This document shows, piece after piece, positions 13,683-28,239 of a stretch of 64,000 bases of DNA. A program made the position numbers and the translations under genes. Numbering within the stretch: position 1 is the first letter of the stretch; the number at the start of each line of letters is the position of its first letter. Location: positions 45,570,001-45,634,000 of the forward strand of contig NC_043012.1 of the NCBI RefSeq assembly GCF_006345805.1, written 5' to 3'. Origin of the DNA: Octopus sinensis. Lineage: Eukaryota. Below the pieces are notes generated by a model that was not told where the DNA came from, ran no database searches, and saw only the letters and a program-made list of their open reading frames with translations.

Positions 13683-14985
13683 GCTACTACTACTACTATG
13701 GCAATCCCTCAAGGTCGAGGATGATGGTCTTCGCGCAAATTTATTGGTGAGTCCGCAGGTGACTGATAAGACCAATTCTTGCTCGAAAAGATCGGTCACA
13801 GTGCGGACATCTAGTGACGGAAGGGAGAGTCGCACGTGGTTGTTGTTGGCGCTCCTTCCGTCGTCGTCTTTTCTCCTCCAGCTCTGCAGACCTTTTCGAC
13901 TCGAAATTCGCCGTTCCCTCATGGATGGTGGTTTTCCAGAGTGGTCTGGTTTTTTGCCGTTTCCTCCCAGTTGGTGAAGTCAATGTCACACTTTTTGAGG
14001 TTCGATTTCAGGGAGTCCTTGTAGCGTTTCTTCTGGCCTTCTTTTGTACGCTTGCCGTCTTTGAGTTGGGAGTAGAAGATCTGTTTGGGAAGTCGTTCGT
14101 CAGTCATTCTAACCACGTGGCCGCTCCATCCTAGTTGGCCTTTGATGACATATGCTTCGATGCTGGTCATTTTTGCTTCTTGTAGCACGCTGACGTTAGT
14201 TCTTCTGTCTTCCCAGCTGATGTTGAGGATCTTCCGAAGACAGCGTTTTCCGGTGGTGACTATACGGGGTCCAGGTTTCGGATGCGTAAAGGAGGGTTGG
14301 AATAATGACTGCCCTGTACACCATGAGTTTGGTTTCGGTTCGGATGTCCCGATCAGCAAAACTCTTGTTCGAAGCTTGCCGAAAGCTGTTCCTGCACACT
14401 TCAGACGGTGTTGGATTTCATCGCTGGGGTCTACCTTTGCTGACAGATGGCTCCCAAGGTAGCAGAAGTGGTTCATATTTTCCAGTGGATTTCCTTCGAG
14501 TTGAATCGATGGCGGGTTGTCAACACGGGCATTGGTGGGAGGTTGGTAGAGTAAGTGAGTCTTCTTGATGTTGATGCTCAGTCCAAGTTTAGTATATGCA
14601 TGATGAAAAGCATTTAGGATCTGTTGGAGGTGATCCTCTCTGTGAGCTGCTATACTGTTGTCGTCGGCATATTGGAACTCTAGCAAGCTTCGCACCATTG
14701 TCTTTGACGTACTTTTGAGGCGAGCGAGGTTGAAAAGCTTGCCGTCCATTCTGTACGAGATCTCGATGAAAGGTGGAAGGTCATCTCGTATGATGTGCAA
14801 CCCTGTCACGATAAAGATGGTAAAGAGAGTTGGCGCTATCACGCAGCCTTGCTTCACTCCGGAGGTGACTTTAAAGGGCTCAGAACTGCCTCCGTCGGTC
14901 TGGACTCTGGCGTGCATATTGTCGTGGAGGAGTTTGAGGATCCGGATGAACTTATCTGGGCATCCATACTGGGCGAGAATATAGA
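13683..14985 (-). mobile_element. 5'-truncated RTE (BovB-like) LINE
   Basis: ORF 13919-15067: YGCPDKFIRILKLLHDNM...GVKQGCVIAPTLF...EFQYADD...YLGSHLS. C-terminal CPHCDRSFRARIGLISHLRTHQ (13741-13989); short (TAG)n tail at about 13683-13697. Confidence 0.93.
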
Positions 14986-15915
14986 AAAAAACATATACGC
15001 TTAACACATAAGGATATACAGTCGTATATATTATATATAAATACACACATACATAACACACATACATATATACACGAAAAAAACGTACATATACTCACAC
15101 ATACACATACAGAGAATACACACTCTTTAGCCTATCACGCTTTAGCCTTGTGTAAAACATATATACATATGTTTTTGTCATTTTTCAATATTAACATGCA
15201 TATGTATAACTCTCTATGGTTTTTTCTACTAGTCCACATGTTGCGTTATATTCTACTTTACACACGTGATCCTGTTTACCATACATTGTCTCGACCTGTT
15301 ACCATTTTTAAAACACACCCGTTAGCATTTCATTCTCATTTTTATGTTATAGTTTACCGCACATATAGACGTGCATACACATTAATATGCCTGTCTTTTT
15401 TTCCTTTCATCTCTCTTACTATTATTATTACTGTTATTTTCCCCTTTTAAAACTTGTTTGCAAATATCCGAGTTTTCCCTAATACCCCACTTGTATTCTC
15501 CCTTATTTTATCTTATATAAATTTACTTAATATATTATTAAAAATTTTTGATGTCCTTGAAAAAATTCTTCGCACTGATGAAAATGACAATGCATAAATT
15601 TAATTATAACTACTATGGTTATAATTTTTTCTTACATATTTGTATCGTGCTTTGAAAGGCGCGTATGTATTGAATCCTATTTTGTATTAAATCTAATTTT
15701 GATTCAACATCTTTTTCTCCTCCATTTTTGTATAATAATTGTTTATGGTATTTTTATACCTATAACGATATTTTTCACCTACTATTTTCATATTCTTATT
15801 ACCTGCCCTGGGTTTTTTTATATGGATATGATGAATCTTTACTAGAAAACATTCTTTCTCTCTTTATGGACTCCTCAAAAAGTTTGCATCGTTCTCATTT
15901 GAAATTATTATGCCC

Positions 15916-15968
<53 letters not shown>

Positions 15969-15971
<3 letters not shown>

Positions 15972-16383
15972 CTCTTACTCTTTACTCTTTTACTTGTTTC
16001 AGTCATTTGACTGCGGCCATGCTGGAGCACCGCCTTTAGTCGAGCAAATCGCCCCCGGACTTATTCTTTGTAAGCCCCAGTACTTATTTTATCGGTCTCT
16101 TTTTGCTGAACCGCTAAGTGACGGGGACGTAAACACACCCATCACGGTTGTCAAGCAATGCTAGGGGGACAACACAGACACACAAACATATACACACACA
16201 CTTATATATATATCCTATATACGACAGGCTTCTTTCAGTTTCCGTCTACCAATCCACTCACAAGGCATTGGTCGGCCCGGGCTATAGCAGAAGACACTTG
16301 CCCCCAGATGCCACGCAGTGGGACTGAACCCGGAACGATGTGGTTGGTTAGCAATCTACTACAACCACACAGCCACTCCTGCG

Positions 16384-16385
<2 letters not shown>
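15969..16385 (-). mobile_element. tRNA-derived SINE, family B (internal microsatellite, AAAGAGT-type tail)
   Basis: Minus strand ggcgcaggagtggctgtgtgg (A box)...ccgggttcagtccc (B box)...cagtcaaatgactgaaacaagtaaaagagt; at least six copies in the window. Confidence 0.88.
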
Positions 16386-16422
<37 letters not shown>

Positions 16423-16489
16423 CTATATTATATATAGTATATATAATATATATAGATAATATATATTAATTGAATAATTATCTAAGGAT

Positions 16490-18480
16490 AATTCGAATTA
16501 ACCGATACCTGGGTACAATTAGCATTCACATCAGAAAAAACACGGTTTGAAAGTTACGTGCCTAAGGCATAGATTATGTGCTTTCTTGTGGAAATTTGTA
16601 TGTTTCTTTTAAAATATAAATATATGAAAGAATGGAGTTGAAGTTGAACGACGAATTTAACAAAATTCCTTTATTTTCGACATGCCAATTCTACAACACA
16701 ATGAGAACGAATTCTACAACACAGAAATACTCCCTTTAATGTAAATGTTAACACTCTGAGCCATTCTAAGTAAAAAAAAAAACTATATATGGTTTGTCAT
16801 TCCTTTCGGGAAACAAATCAGTCTAACCTCCCTTTACAGTTCCGTGAAGCCGCTAGCTAGGAACTTTCCATCATTACGGTATATACTCTACTATCAATTC
16901 GCATAAGGTGAGGATTGCATTCTCCAGCACTAGAAATCTATCGCAGATAATTGCCTCCCATAATAATAAGCTGCTAAATAAGGACTCATCACCCAGAGTA
17001 GTGACAATGCCCTTACCAATTCAACCTAACATACAATATAATAATAATAGAAATAGTATTGATATTAGCAACATTCGTAGCAGCATTGGCGTTAACAATA
17101 GTACTAATGATAATAACATTAGCCGGATTATTAACAGTGGTGGTGTTAGGGTAATAGTAACAGCATTTCTAATAACAGTTTGTATTATTGATGATAACAA
17201 TCACAGCATTCCTATAGTCAGAGAATTGCCGACGATATTACAATAATAGTAATGATAATAATATGAATAGTATCGTGGCCAATGCTAGCAACAATATTTA
17301 CACCTATCATAACAATAAAAACTCTGTCCTAGTATCGGAAGTTAACCCCAACAGATTAAAGTTCTTATCCAAAAATTCCAAAATTAGAAACACCATTAAC
17401 CATTTACCAGTGCAGCCTTTCTTCTGGAACCGATGTCTTCTTCTACATTGGAGCAACTTCTTCTAAATTAGCTCAAAGGATCTCCAATCATTATTCAACT
17501 TTCCGAGATAAGAGAAAACAACACAGCACGGGACTAAGTAAACTAGTTTGGCGTCTGAAGGACAGCAATACAACTTTCAAGCTGGAATGGTCCATATTGT
17601 CGGTGTCCTTTCCGTTTGATAAGGGCAGAAAACTTTGTGGCATCTGTAATTCCGAACTTTTTCATATTTTGTTCGCCAAAATCCCTTTAATAAATACAAT
17701 CGTCGAGAGGTCCTACAGGCGCATGCACTGGCAAAAACACACCTTTCACTCATATGAATAATGATTAATATAGATAACCCCTTGAATTTTAATTAATATA
17801 AATTTTTTTTATATATGTCACCCCCATAGTCATAAATTTTTTTTTTATACTTTCAAAGAACTACTACCCAATCCAGTGAGGTGTGTGTTGCCTTAGTCCC
17901 CCTACCTCGCCCTCCTCTTTCTCTCTCTTTCTCTCTCTATTTCCCTCTTTCTATAGTAAGCACAATCTAACACACAGACACAAACCTCTCACCTCACCAC
18001 TATCTGTTTTCTGACATCTACCCATCCACATACACAATCACCCACACACATACACAAACACACACATTAATGCAGTTATATACAGTCACACACACAGGCA
18101 CTCATTCACAAAAGAAATTAACAAAATCCACCATTCATATGACCTGCACCCTTTCACCTTCCTATTCTTATGCCTCTCTCCTCCAACTTCGTTTGAACCC
18201 TTGAACCTTTAGAACTTTCTAGAATCTTCTACATCCAACCATTTTGACGTCACTCCTTATAAAGGAATATTTTAAAGAGACACTCATTATCGCTATGGGC
18301 TCCGTGTGAGCAATCATCTATAAATCTTTTGTGCATTTTGATGTTGACATAAGTTCCTTGATTTTCCTGATGAGAAAGCGGCATAATGTACCCCTTATTC
18401 CTACGCAATTAGGAATATGCAGCCTTCGAAACATATGTTGAAAATAAAAGAATTTTGTTAATTCGTCGTTCAGCTCCATT
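16490..18480 (+). mobile_element. Decayed Penelope-like element (RT C-terminus, low-complexity linker, GIY-YIG endonuclease, 3' region with HHR)
   Basis: IWFVIPF...KVRIAFSSTRNLSQIIASHNNKLLN (about 16790-16980); TIYQCSLSSGTDVFFYIGATSSKLAQRISNHYSTFRDKRKQHSTGLSKLVWRLKD...WSILSVSFPFDKGRKLCGICNSELFHILF (about 17400-17680). Confidence 0.82.
18361..18445 (+). ncRNA. Type I hammerhead ribozyme motif (family H2) at the 3' end of the Penelope element
   Basis: attttc CTGATGA(18367-73) gaaagcggcat...tattcct/aggaata...atgcagccttc GAAA(18428-31) CATATG TT gaaaat. Helix I is 6 bp and perfect; helix III is the palindrome ACATATGT. Confidence 0.75.
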
Positions 18481-18513
18481 CTTTCATATATTTATATATA
18501 TATATATATATAT

Positions 18514-18683
18514 ATAATTTCAACAATTGAGGGTAAAATTAATTAATTATTAATCAATTTCACCAAGTATTCAGTATGTAAAGGGGCCATTTAGGCGAAT
18601 TCAAATTATTACATTAGCTACTATTTCTAATGAGTTCAGTATGTGGCAAAGTAATTTATTTTACTAAGCCCCTTTTATATAAT
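18514..18683. repeat. Short direct-plus-inverted fragment of the 563-bp unit found at 36531
   Basis: 18514-18616 matches the unit start (ataatttcaacaattgagggtaaaatt...); 18617-18683 is the reverse complement of the next part of the unit. Confidence 0.82.
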
Positions 18684-18714
18684 ATATATATATATTATAT
18701 ATATATATATATTA

Positions 18715-18751
<37 letters not shown>

Positions 18752-19046
18752 TATATACATATATATATATATATTTTGCAATTAAGGACAACTACTAATA
18801 AGGAAAACTTAACAAGAAATTGTCAGGTAGATAGCGTAAAAACCTCATAAGAGAAAAAATTTCGAAAATAATTATTTCTTATTGAACATATTAATTATAT
18901 ATAGAGGGCATAAGTATACATACAGCCAGGAGGCATTATATATACCTGCCAAACGCTAAGAGGGACAATCAGTCATTCATTTCTACCAAAATATATACTA
19001 ATCCCACCGAATGCAACTTTTCAAAGTAAGACATTTAAAAATATAT

Positions 19047-19094
19047 AGGCCTGTATCACAGTGATTTCATACTTACGTAATCATCAGCAGGCCT
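19047..19094 (-). ncRNA. Type I hammerhead ribozyme motif (family H3, copy 1)
   Basis: Minus strand AGGCCTG CTGATGA t-tac-gtaa-gta-t GAAA TCAC-T-GTGA TA CAGGCCT. Confidence 0.8.
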
Positions 19095-19523
19095 GAATGT
19101 ATTATAAATAAACAACGACTTGCCTCGCTTAAGCCGAACAGCTAACTGATCAACATCAACGAAGCACATGGGTGAGTTTATATATATTACATCCGGGTGA
19201 ATGGCAAACTTTTACAAAATTGCATTTCGGGAGAGGAAAAGTTTTTTCGGAATAAAAATTTTGCAATTAAGGACAACTACTAATAAGGAAAACTTAACAA
19301 GAAATTGTCAGGTAGATAGCGTAAAAACCTCATAAGAGAAAAAATTTCGAAAATAATTATTTCTTATTGAACATATTAATTTATATATAGAGGGCATAAT
19401 TATACTACATGCCAGGAGGCATTATATACCTGCCAACGCTAAGAGGGACAATCAGTCATTTCTACCAAAAATATTAAATCCCACCGAATGCAACTTTTCA
19501 AAGTAAGACATTTAAAAATATAT

Positions 19524-19570
19524 AGGCCTGTACACAGTGATTTCATACTTACGTAATCATCAGCAGGCCT
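19524..19570 (-). ncRNA. HHR family H3, copy 2 (1-nt deletion near the cleavage site)
   Basis: Plus strand reads tacacagtga instead of tatcacagtga. Confidence 0.65.
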
Positions 19571-20005
19571 GAATGTATTTAAATAATAAACAACGACTTG
19601 CCTCGCTTAAGCCGAACAGCTAACTGATCAACATCAACGAAGCACTGGGTGAGTTTATATATATTACCTCGGGTGAATGGCAAACTTTTACAAAATTGCA
19701 TTTCGGAGAGGAAAAGTTTTTTCGGAATAAAAATTTTGCAATTAAGGACAACTACTTAATAAGGAAAACTTAACAAGAAATTGTCAGGTAGATAGCGTAA
19801 AAACCTCATAAGAGAAAAAATTTCGAAAATAATTATTTCTTATTGAACATATTAATTTATATAATAGGGGCATAATTATACATACATGCCAGGAGGCATT
19901 ATATATACCTGCCAAACGCTAAGAGGGACAATCAGTCATTTCTACCAAACATATTACTAATCCCACCGAATGCAACTTTTCAAAGTAAGACATTTAAAAA
20001 TATAT

Positions 20006-20053
20006 AGGCCTGTATCACAGTGATTTCATACTTACGTAATCATCAGCAGGCCT
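20006..20053 (-). ncRNA. HHR family H3, copy 3
   Basis: Same 48-nt motif as 19047-19094. Confidence 0.8.
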
Positions 20054-20666
20054 GAATGTATTATAAATAAACAACGACCTTGCCTCGCTTAAGCCGAACA
20101 GCTAACTGATCAACATCAACGAAGCACATGGGTGAGTTTATATATATTACATCCGGGTGAATGGCAAACTTTTACAAAATTGCATTTCGGGAGAGGAAAA
20201 GTTTTTTCGGAATAAAAATTTTGCAATTAGGACAACTACTTAATAAGGAAAACTTAACAAGAAATTGTCAGGTAGATAGCGTAAAAACCTCATAAGAGAA
20301 AAAATTTCGAAAATAATTATTCCTTATTGAACATATTAATTTATATATAGAGGGCATAATTATACATACATGCCAGGAGGCATTATATATACCTGCCAAA
20401 CGCTAAGAGGGACAATCAGTCATTTCTACCAAAAATATTACTAATCCCACCGAATGCAACTTTTCAAAGTAAGACATTTAAAAATATATAGGCCTGTATC
20501 ACAGTGATTTCATACTTACGTAATCAATCCCGAAATGCAATTTTGTAAAAGTTTGCCATTCACCCGGATGTAATATATATAAACTCACCCATGTGCTTCG
20601 TTGATGTTGATCAGTTAGCTGTTCGGCTTAAGCGAGGCAAGGTCGTTGTTTATTTATAATACATTC

Positions 20667-20714
20667 AGGCCTGCTGATGATTACGTAAGTATGAAATCAC
20701 TGTGATACAGGCCT
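20667..20714 (+). ncRNA. HHR family H3, inverted copy
   Basis: aggcctg ctgatga ttacgtaagtat gaaa tcactgtga ta caggcct, read directly on the plus strand. Confidence 0.8.
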
Positions 20715-20865
20715 ATATATTTTTAAATGTCTTACTTTGAAAAGTTGCATTCGGTGGGATTAGTAATATTTTTGGTAGAAATGACTGATTGTCCCTCTTA
20801 GCGTTTGGCAGGTATATATAATGCCTCCTGGCATGTATGTATAATTATGCCCTCTATATATAAAT

Positions 20866-21001
<136 letters not shown>

Positions 21002-21183
21002 ATATATATATGTATGTATAAACGTCGGGCTTCTCTCTGTTCCGTCTATCAAGCAGGCTTTGGTCGGCCTGACGATATAATACAACACATTGACCCAAAC
21101 TTCCACACAGTGGAACTGTCTCTGCAGCTACTTGGTTGGAAAATAACGCAGCTTTGCCTCTAAGCCTACACGTTATATATGTG

Positions 21184-22078
<895 letters not shown>

Positions 22079-22081
22079 CCT

Positions 22082-22278
22082 AAGGCGGTGAGCTTGTAGA
22101 ATAGTTAAGATGCCGGGCAGTATGGATAGTGGTATTTCATTTGTCTTAACGTTCTGAGTTCGACTTTGCCTTGCATTCTTTCGGGATCAACAAAATAAGT
22201 ACCAGTTGTGTACTGGGGTCGATGTGATTGGCTATCACCCTCCTCACAAATTTCAGACCATGTGCCTATAGTAGAAAG
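22082..22278 (+). mobile_element. tRNA-derived SINE, family A
   Basis: aaggcggtgagcttgtagaa...gttctgagttcgactttgcc...aagtaccagttg..ctggggtcgat; similar copies at 37940, 46400, 46620, 47185, 61188, 61516 and 62700. Confidence 0.85.
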
Positions 22279-22309
22279 AATTAATACCATTTCGTCCGTC
22301 GTTGTTAAC

Positions 22310-22715
22310 GATGATCAAAAACACAACTGCCCGATGCGTACCCTGAAAGCTCTGCCGAAGGTCGACTTCTGGTTGTCCGTTTGGACTGAAGGCAAGGAGC
22401 TATCTCTGAACTTGTGTGATTCTCGCTTTTCTTGTGCCCCTTCAATCCTGTATTGTTCGTATGAGGGGGGGCCTCTACTGATACAACTTCTTCTGGCAGG
22501 GCGGTCTTGTGCTTTCGTTTCCCATATAGTCAATGTAGCTTCAGGGAGGTGAGGTGTGTTAAACATTCGACATAATATTTGCCCCACGCCAGCTTCAAGA
22601 GAAGAACCAGGAATAGAATATGACATTAAAACACCTAACCAAGGTTTTTGACACTGTCAGTCGTAAGGGACTTTGGAAGGTCATAGGGAAATTCGGCTGT
22701 CCGGACAAATTCATG
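22310..22715. mobile_element. RTE LINE fragment with inverted 5' part
   Basis: Minus strand 22315-22626 resembles an RTE C-terminus (...GRAFRVRIG). Plus strand about 22630-22712 reads LTKVFDTVSRKGLWKVIGKFGCPDKF (RTE RT). Confidence 0.75.
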
Positions 22716-23999
22716 CATGTATGCTTGCACAAAAATATCTGTTTATGCATTCCCAGTTTAAACATTATGATTCAGATCTCAGGTGAAACCTCGCAAAAAT
22801 TTAGTACGATCATTCGCTGAGGTGCAAGATTCAGTTAAGTTTAATTTTTTCCCTACTTGCATATCAATGTCTCATTTCTATTCAATTTCCTTTGTATATA
22901 TTTCAAAGGATCTGTGAGGTTGAAATAATCGAATATTAAAGAACTTTTGATCACATTGATCACATTTTAGAAACTTAATCATTACATATCCGATTTCCCA
23001 GTGATATATGCTTTCTATTACTGACAATTTATTGTCAATGAAAAGCGATAATCAGTCAATGATAAAAATGACATGAATTAGAAAGAGCAAGTAACAAGCC
23101 GGATATAATAGTGAAAGAGACAAAGCAACTAATGGAATGACGACCATCATCAATAATGTCTGAAGTAAAAACTGTTTTATGAACACTTTCTACAAATTAT
23201 ACAAAAGATATACGCGCTATGGCGTAACTGAAAGGAGCACGGGTTACTAAAGAAAGTAATTCAGTTGAGTATTGCAGTGATATGAGTCTTCTGTCACAAC
23301 AAACTGAATTCAGTTTATGTAGTTATATAAACGACCTTTACTTGAACATCTCCATTTTATCGTTCACAATCTGTAGCATTTTAATGTTGATAAATGAATT
23401 TAATGTAGATATATAAATTCGACTGCTTGAATTTTTCGTTGCTAATCTTTGAAGGATTATGAAAAATAATCATATAGGCTTGTTATATATTGTGCAAACA
23501 GTGGAAATGCTTTCATGCCGTAACGAACTCCGATTGACTGATTTCAATGCAAAAGTTGATCACATAAAAAATGGCAAAAGCCAAACAAATGTTTGTAACT
23601 AGACAGGTCAAATGCAGAATTTATTGTAAATATAAACCGATCATTTGTTCCAAATGCCGCTATGGTTTATCCACATGCTCTTGGTGGAAATTATAGGAGA
23701 AAATCAGGACTAACATAGTGTTATATAAAGTTGTATCAAGAAATTCTAACCTCGGACAAAAAAAAAGTGCTTAAAATTGTCAAATTGTCAAAGAGGAAAT
23801 TATGAGAATATGGTTGTGAATTGTATTTTGTCACTGTGAATCTCCGTCTCCCCTCGGAAAAATTTTGCAGTTGACGAAATACCCAGCGTTTACAGAGTTC
23901 ATTAGAAACCTCCTGAAATATAGGTGCATCTTTGTATTCAAATCATGTAAAGTCGCTAGCGAGGAAACAGGTATATTTACGTCAAGGTAATGTGGTGGT

Positions 24000-24780
24000 G
24001 AGTCTATCATATAATATTTACCCCAATGACCATCCAACTGGCCAAAAACCTGAGGGGTTCATCTCCACTGTCAACTTCTGCAGCAGCCCATGAACGTAAG
24101 CTTGAAGCATCGAAAGCATTTATCATATCAGGTCTAGATTACTTATTCCTCTATTACGAATGTAATCACCAACATTCTAATCCTGCGAAGATGCACATCT
24201 ACTCGATCTATCTCAGCTATTACGAAATAAACGGACCCCTTAAAGTTACATGGTTCGGAATATTACAGGCGCTCTGTATTCACGCTACCTATCATGGAGT
24301 TATGATAACTCTCTTGGAAGAAAATTCAAAAAGTCTAAATTGAAAGTGTTTTACCGAAAATACATCCTTCGGAAGCTAGGCAACTTCAAATTGGCAGCAA
24401 CATCACACACATTGAGATCTCGTGCACTGGCTTTGAGCTACTCCTCTGCTGAATATTCATGTCATGTCTAGTAGAGATAACAAAGGCTGCTAGGGATCAC
24501 TGCCACCTTCTCCATGGACATCAACCTCCGGTCAAAAAACGGAGGTGAAGAAGAAGATACATCGGCCATGTTCAGCCTTTAACAATATCTCAGGGATAAA
24601 CCAGACTCAACTCTGGCTGGAGAAACTTCAGAACGAACCTCTTCTAATTGGTACGAGAATCCACCTTGCTTATGGATTCAGTGGAAGCTTTCCACCGCCT
24701 GACAAAGAGAACGAGAAAACGAAAAGTTACATGACTCGACCAAACATGTGAATATGGAGAAGCACACCACAATATGAAAT
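24000..24780 (+). mobile_element. Decayed Ingi/Vingi-like LINE RT remnant
   Basis: KVFYRKYILRKLGNFKLAATSHTLRSRALALSYSSAEYSCHV (24250-24471) resembles the NILRKL..SKWGA..LR..ALAL.YS.AEY.CPVW motif. Confidence 0.6.
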
Positions 24781-24949
24781 GCTTCTTAATCTGCCATCTA
24801 CCACCTAACTCATAAGTCACGGGCAGCTTGAAGATTCAATAAAAATGAAAATACCTGTAAAGAACTGGGAGGCAGTTATATAACCCTTACACTTCAAAGA
24901 AGACAAAGAACTTTAAAAGCTACGTTAAGCTTTTCGTTTACACTGGCTT

Positions 24950-25420
24950 TATATTGACGGAAAGAAATTGTATCCTGAGGTGGTTATTAAAACTAAAAGT
25001 GCTATTCTTCGTTAAATTAGTACGGCATATCCTTAAATTCGCATGCTGCAATACAAGAGGAATTTATTATATAATTCAGCTCTTGGACAGCAAAGCACAT
25101 ATTAACTCGCGGTCGAAGGACCCGCTGAAGATGCTCGGAGTCTTGATAGGATCAGATTTTCAGTTGGATAGGAACTGACAAGAGATTATGGCCAGTCTCA
25201 CCCAGAAATGGGCTGAAAGAGTGCTGCCTCTGAAAGGCCGGTGTAGAAATAGCAGACGTTTACATCACCTAAGTAATGTTCTAACGCTTAGACGACGTAC
25301 CTCGTCTCCTTGCACATGTTTGAACTTCCGACCACGTAAGATCAGAAGCCCTGAAAGCCACTACTTTGTACTGCATCAGCACTTTCGGAATGAAGAATTT
25401 TTCGCATTATTTCCACGCTA
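24950..25420 (+). mobile_element. Decayed L1/Tx1-group LINE RT remnant
   Basis: INSRSKDPLKMLGVLIGSDFQLDRN*QEIMASLTQKWAERVLPLKGR resembles the Tx1/L1 LG..G...NW...W..R.LSLKGR region. Confidence 0.6.
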
Positions 25421-26299
25421 ATTGTCGGTTAATGTGTTATTTTCGTCTAATCAGCTTTTCGTCCTAGTCGCTTTGAAAGAATACGCGTAATTTCTCACAT
25501 AAAGAAAATTAGCAGCATAAATTTGAAAGAATAGATTTAAATTTGTAGCTTGACTGAAGAGCAACTACTGAAATTTAGGGAACATAGATCCTGTAAGTTT
25601 TAAACAAAATGCAAGTAGGAACGTTTGTGGCAACTATTTATACACACTCAATTGTAATCATAAATATGTATATATTATATAAACATTCTATTCATGTTTA
25701 CTGAGACATAAACTCATTGTTTTGAATTCTTTCTCATGCATCATTCAAAACATTACTGCTCTAATTAGGAGCACCTCAGATTATTTATGCAATGGCTATA
25801 CATTTACATGAGAATATTCACTTTACATGACAGTCAACCAATATATAATCGCTATATACTAAATGTCCATTTCTATTTTTTATATAAATATGCAAAGAGG
25901 CGCATGATGAAAGATTTGTGTCATGCCAGTCTTTAATAAAATACATAAACCTCATTTCAGAATTAAATACGCACAAACATCCACACACACACATCCTCAC
26001 ACACACACGCACACACACACGCACACACACACGCTCATATTGAAATCGCACAAACATATATATATGAGAATAATGGAAATGGAAACAAATGCTCAAAACG
26101 TTATTTTAGTCATATATATCACCGACATATGTTTCGATAGATGCCTTAAAATAAATCGGAGAGGTGGAATAATGTGGGAAAATGCATCAGTCACATAAGG
26201 GAGGATATAAGCAACAGTGCTCATCCATAAGTCGTTTTTACAGATGTAAGAAACTACAATATATAATATATATATATGGAAAACAAAGGTGTATAGGGA

Positions 26300-26830
26300 A
26301 TGCTAATAATTTTGAAATAGTGTTAAGAAATTTAGACGTCATAGGATGAAAGAAGAAGAGAAGGACGATAGAAAGAGAATTAAAGGAATAATGGAGGTAT
26401 AAACAAATAGAAAGGAATGACAGGTAGATAGAAAATATAGAGGAAAAAGTAGAAAATATGGGATGTAAGAATAAATTTGTAGATATTATTTGTAGATATT
26501 ATTAGGTAATGGGACAGATATCTTTTGTAATAGCTGAAAGAATGCTTTTTTTCCAATTTAAACACCTGTAAACACGTTCTTTATAGGTGTTGATAAATAG
26601 TTGTTCGTCCGTACAAAGAGAGTAGAAAGATTTCCCTTTATCATAGGGAAACGATCTTGACAAAATTTTCCAATCGAAAAAAATTGTTTATTATAGTCTT
26701 TAAGTCTTTAAGATGCCAAATTAATTTACTAAGACCTGCACTATTACGCTTATGAATATATTTAAATAGAGAAAGATGGTTGGCAACTGGGCTTTTTTTA
26801 AAATTCCGTGGGTGAAATGCCAATATAAAA
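26300..26830 (-). mobile_element. Penelope-like GIY-YIG C-terminal remnant
   Basis: HKRNSAGLSKLIWHLKD...WKILSRSFPYDKGK; same family as 2400-2760 and 17400-17700. Confidence 0.72.
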
Positions 26831-26904
26831 ATATGTTTTAGATTCTACAGAAATTTCACTTCACATTGACAAACAATTGAACATTTATATATGTTTCTCT
26901 CTCT

Positions 26905-27660
<756 letters not shown>

Positions 27661-28196
27661 TGTGAAAAGCATATTTCTTAAAAACATGTAATAATTGAAG
27701 AAGAATTGAAAAATTCAGTTTCAACGTGAATGAAGGTGCGAAAAGGGCTATATCATTTATATATGACTGTATAATGGCCATGCGAAAAGAAATACTAAAT
27801 TTCTAAATCCCTCGTAGAGACATGTACGGTGGTGGGGCGATATAATTGACAATGATCCTGAAACACGTGTCCCTAGATGCAGCTCCGGCGGCCGGGGGTG
27901 TTTGTCTTCCCTTCGTAAATGTATATAAGGACACAGGGAAAAATGTGTCAAAGCCATCAGGAGGCGTCGATGCTTCCTAGGGCTATACAGCGGTGGTGTA
28001 CCCCCCTATTGTCACGTTCGTGTTAGATTGACAGTATACAACCATTCTATCGCCCCACCACCGTACATGTCTCTACGAGAGATTTAGAAATTTAGTATTT
28101 CTTATTTTGATAATCAGTGAATAGACTTCACTGAATTATGGATATATACAATACGAAGTCGAGACAAATATCGCCAGCTGACCGGTGTCTGCTACT

Positions 28197-28239
28197 CTAG
28201 GCCGATGAAGGACAATGATCCTGAAACAGGTGTCCCTAG
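28197..28239 (+). ncRNA. Type I HHR-like motif with variant core CCGAUGA (family H4)
   Basis: CTAGG CCGATGA AGGA-caatga-TCCT GAAA CAGGTG TC CCTAG. Confidence 0.7.

Noticed and set aside
19260-19735. Sequence differences between array units as evidence of evolutionary divergence
   Set aside because: They are mostly single-base deletions in short runs, a pattern consistent with long-read consensus error.
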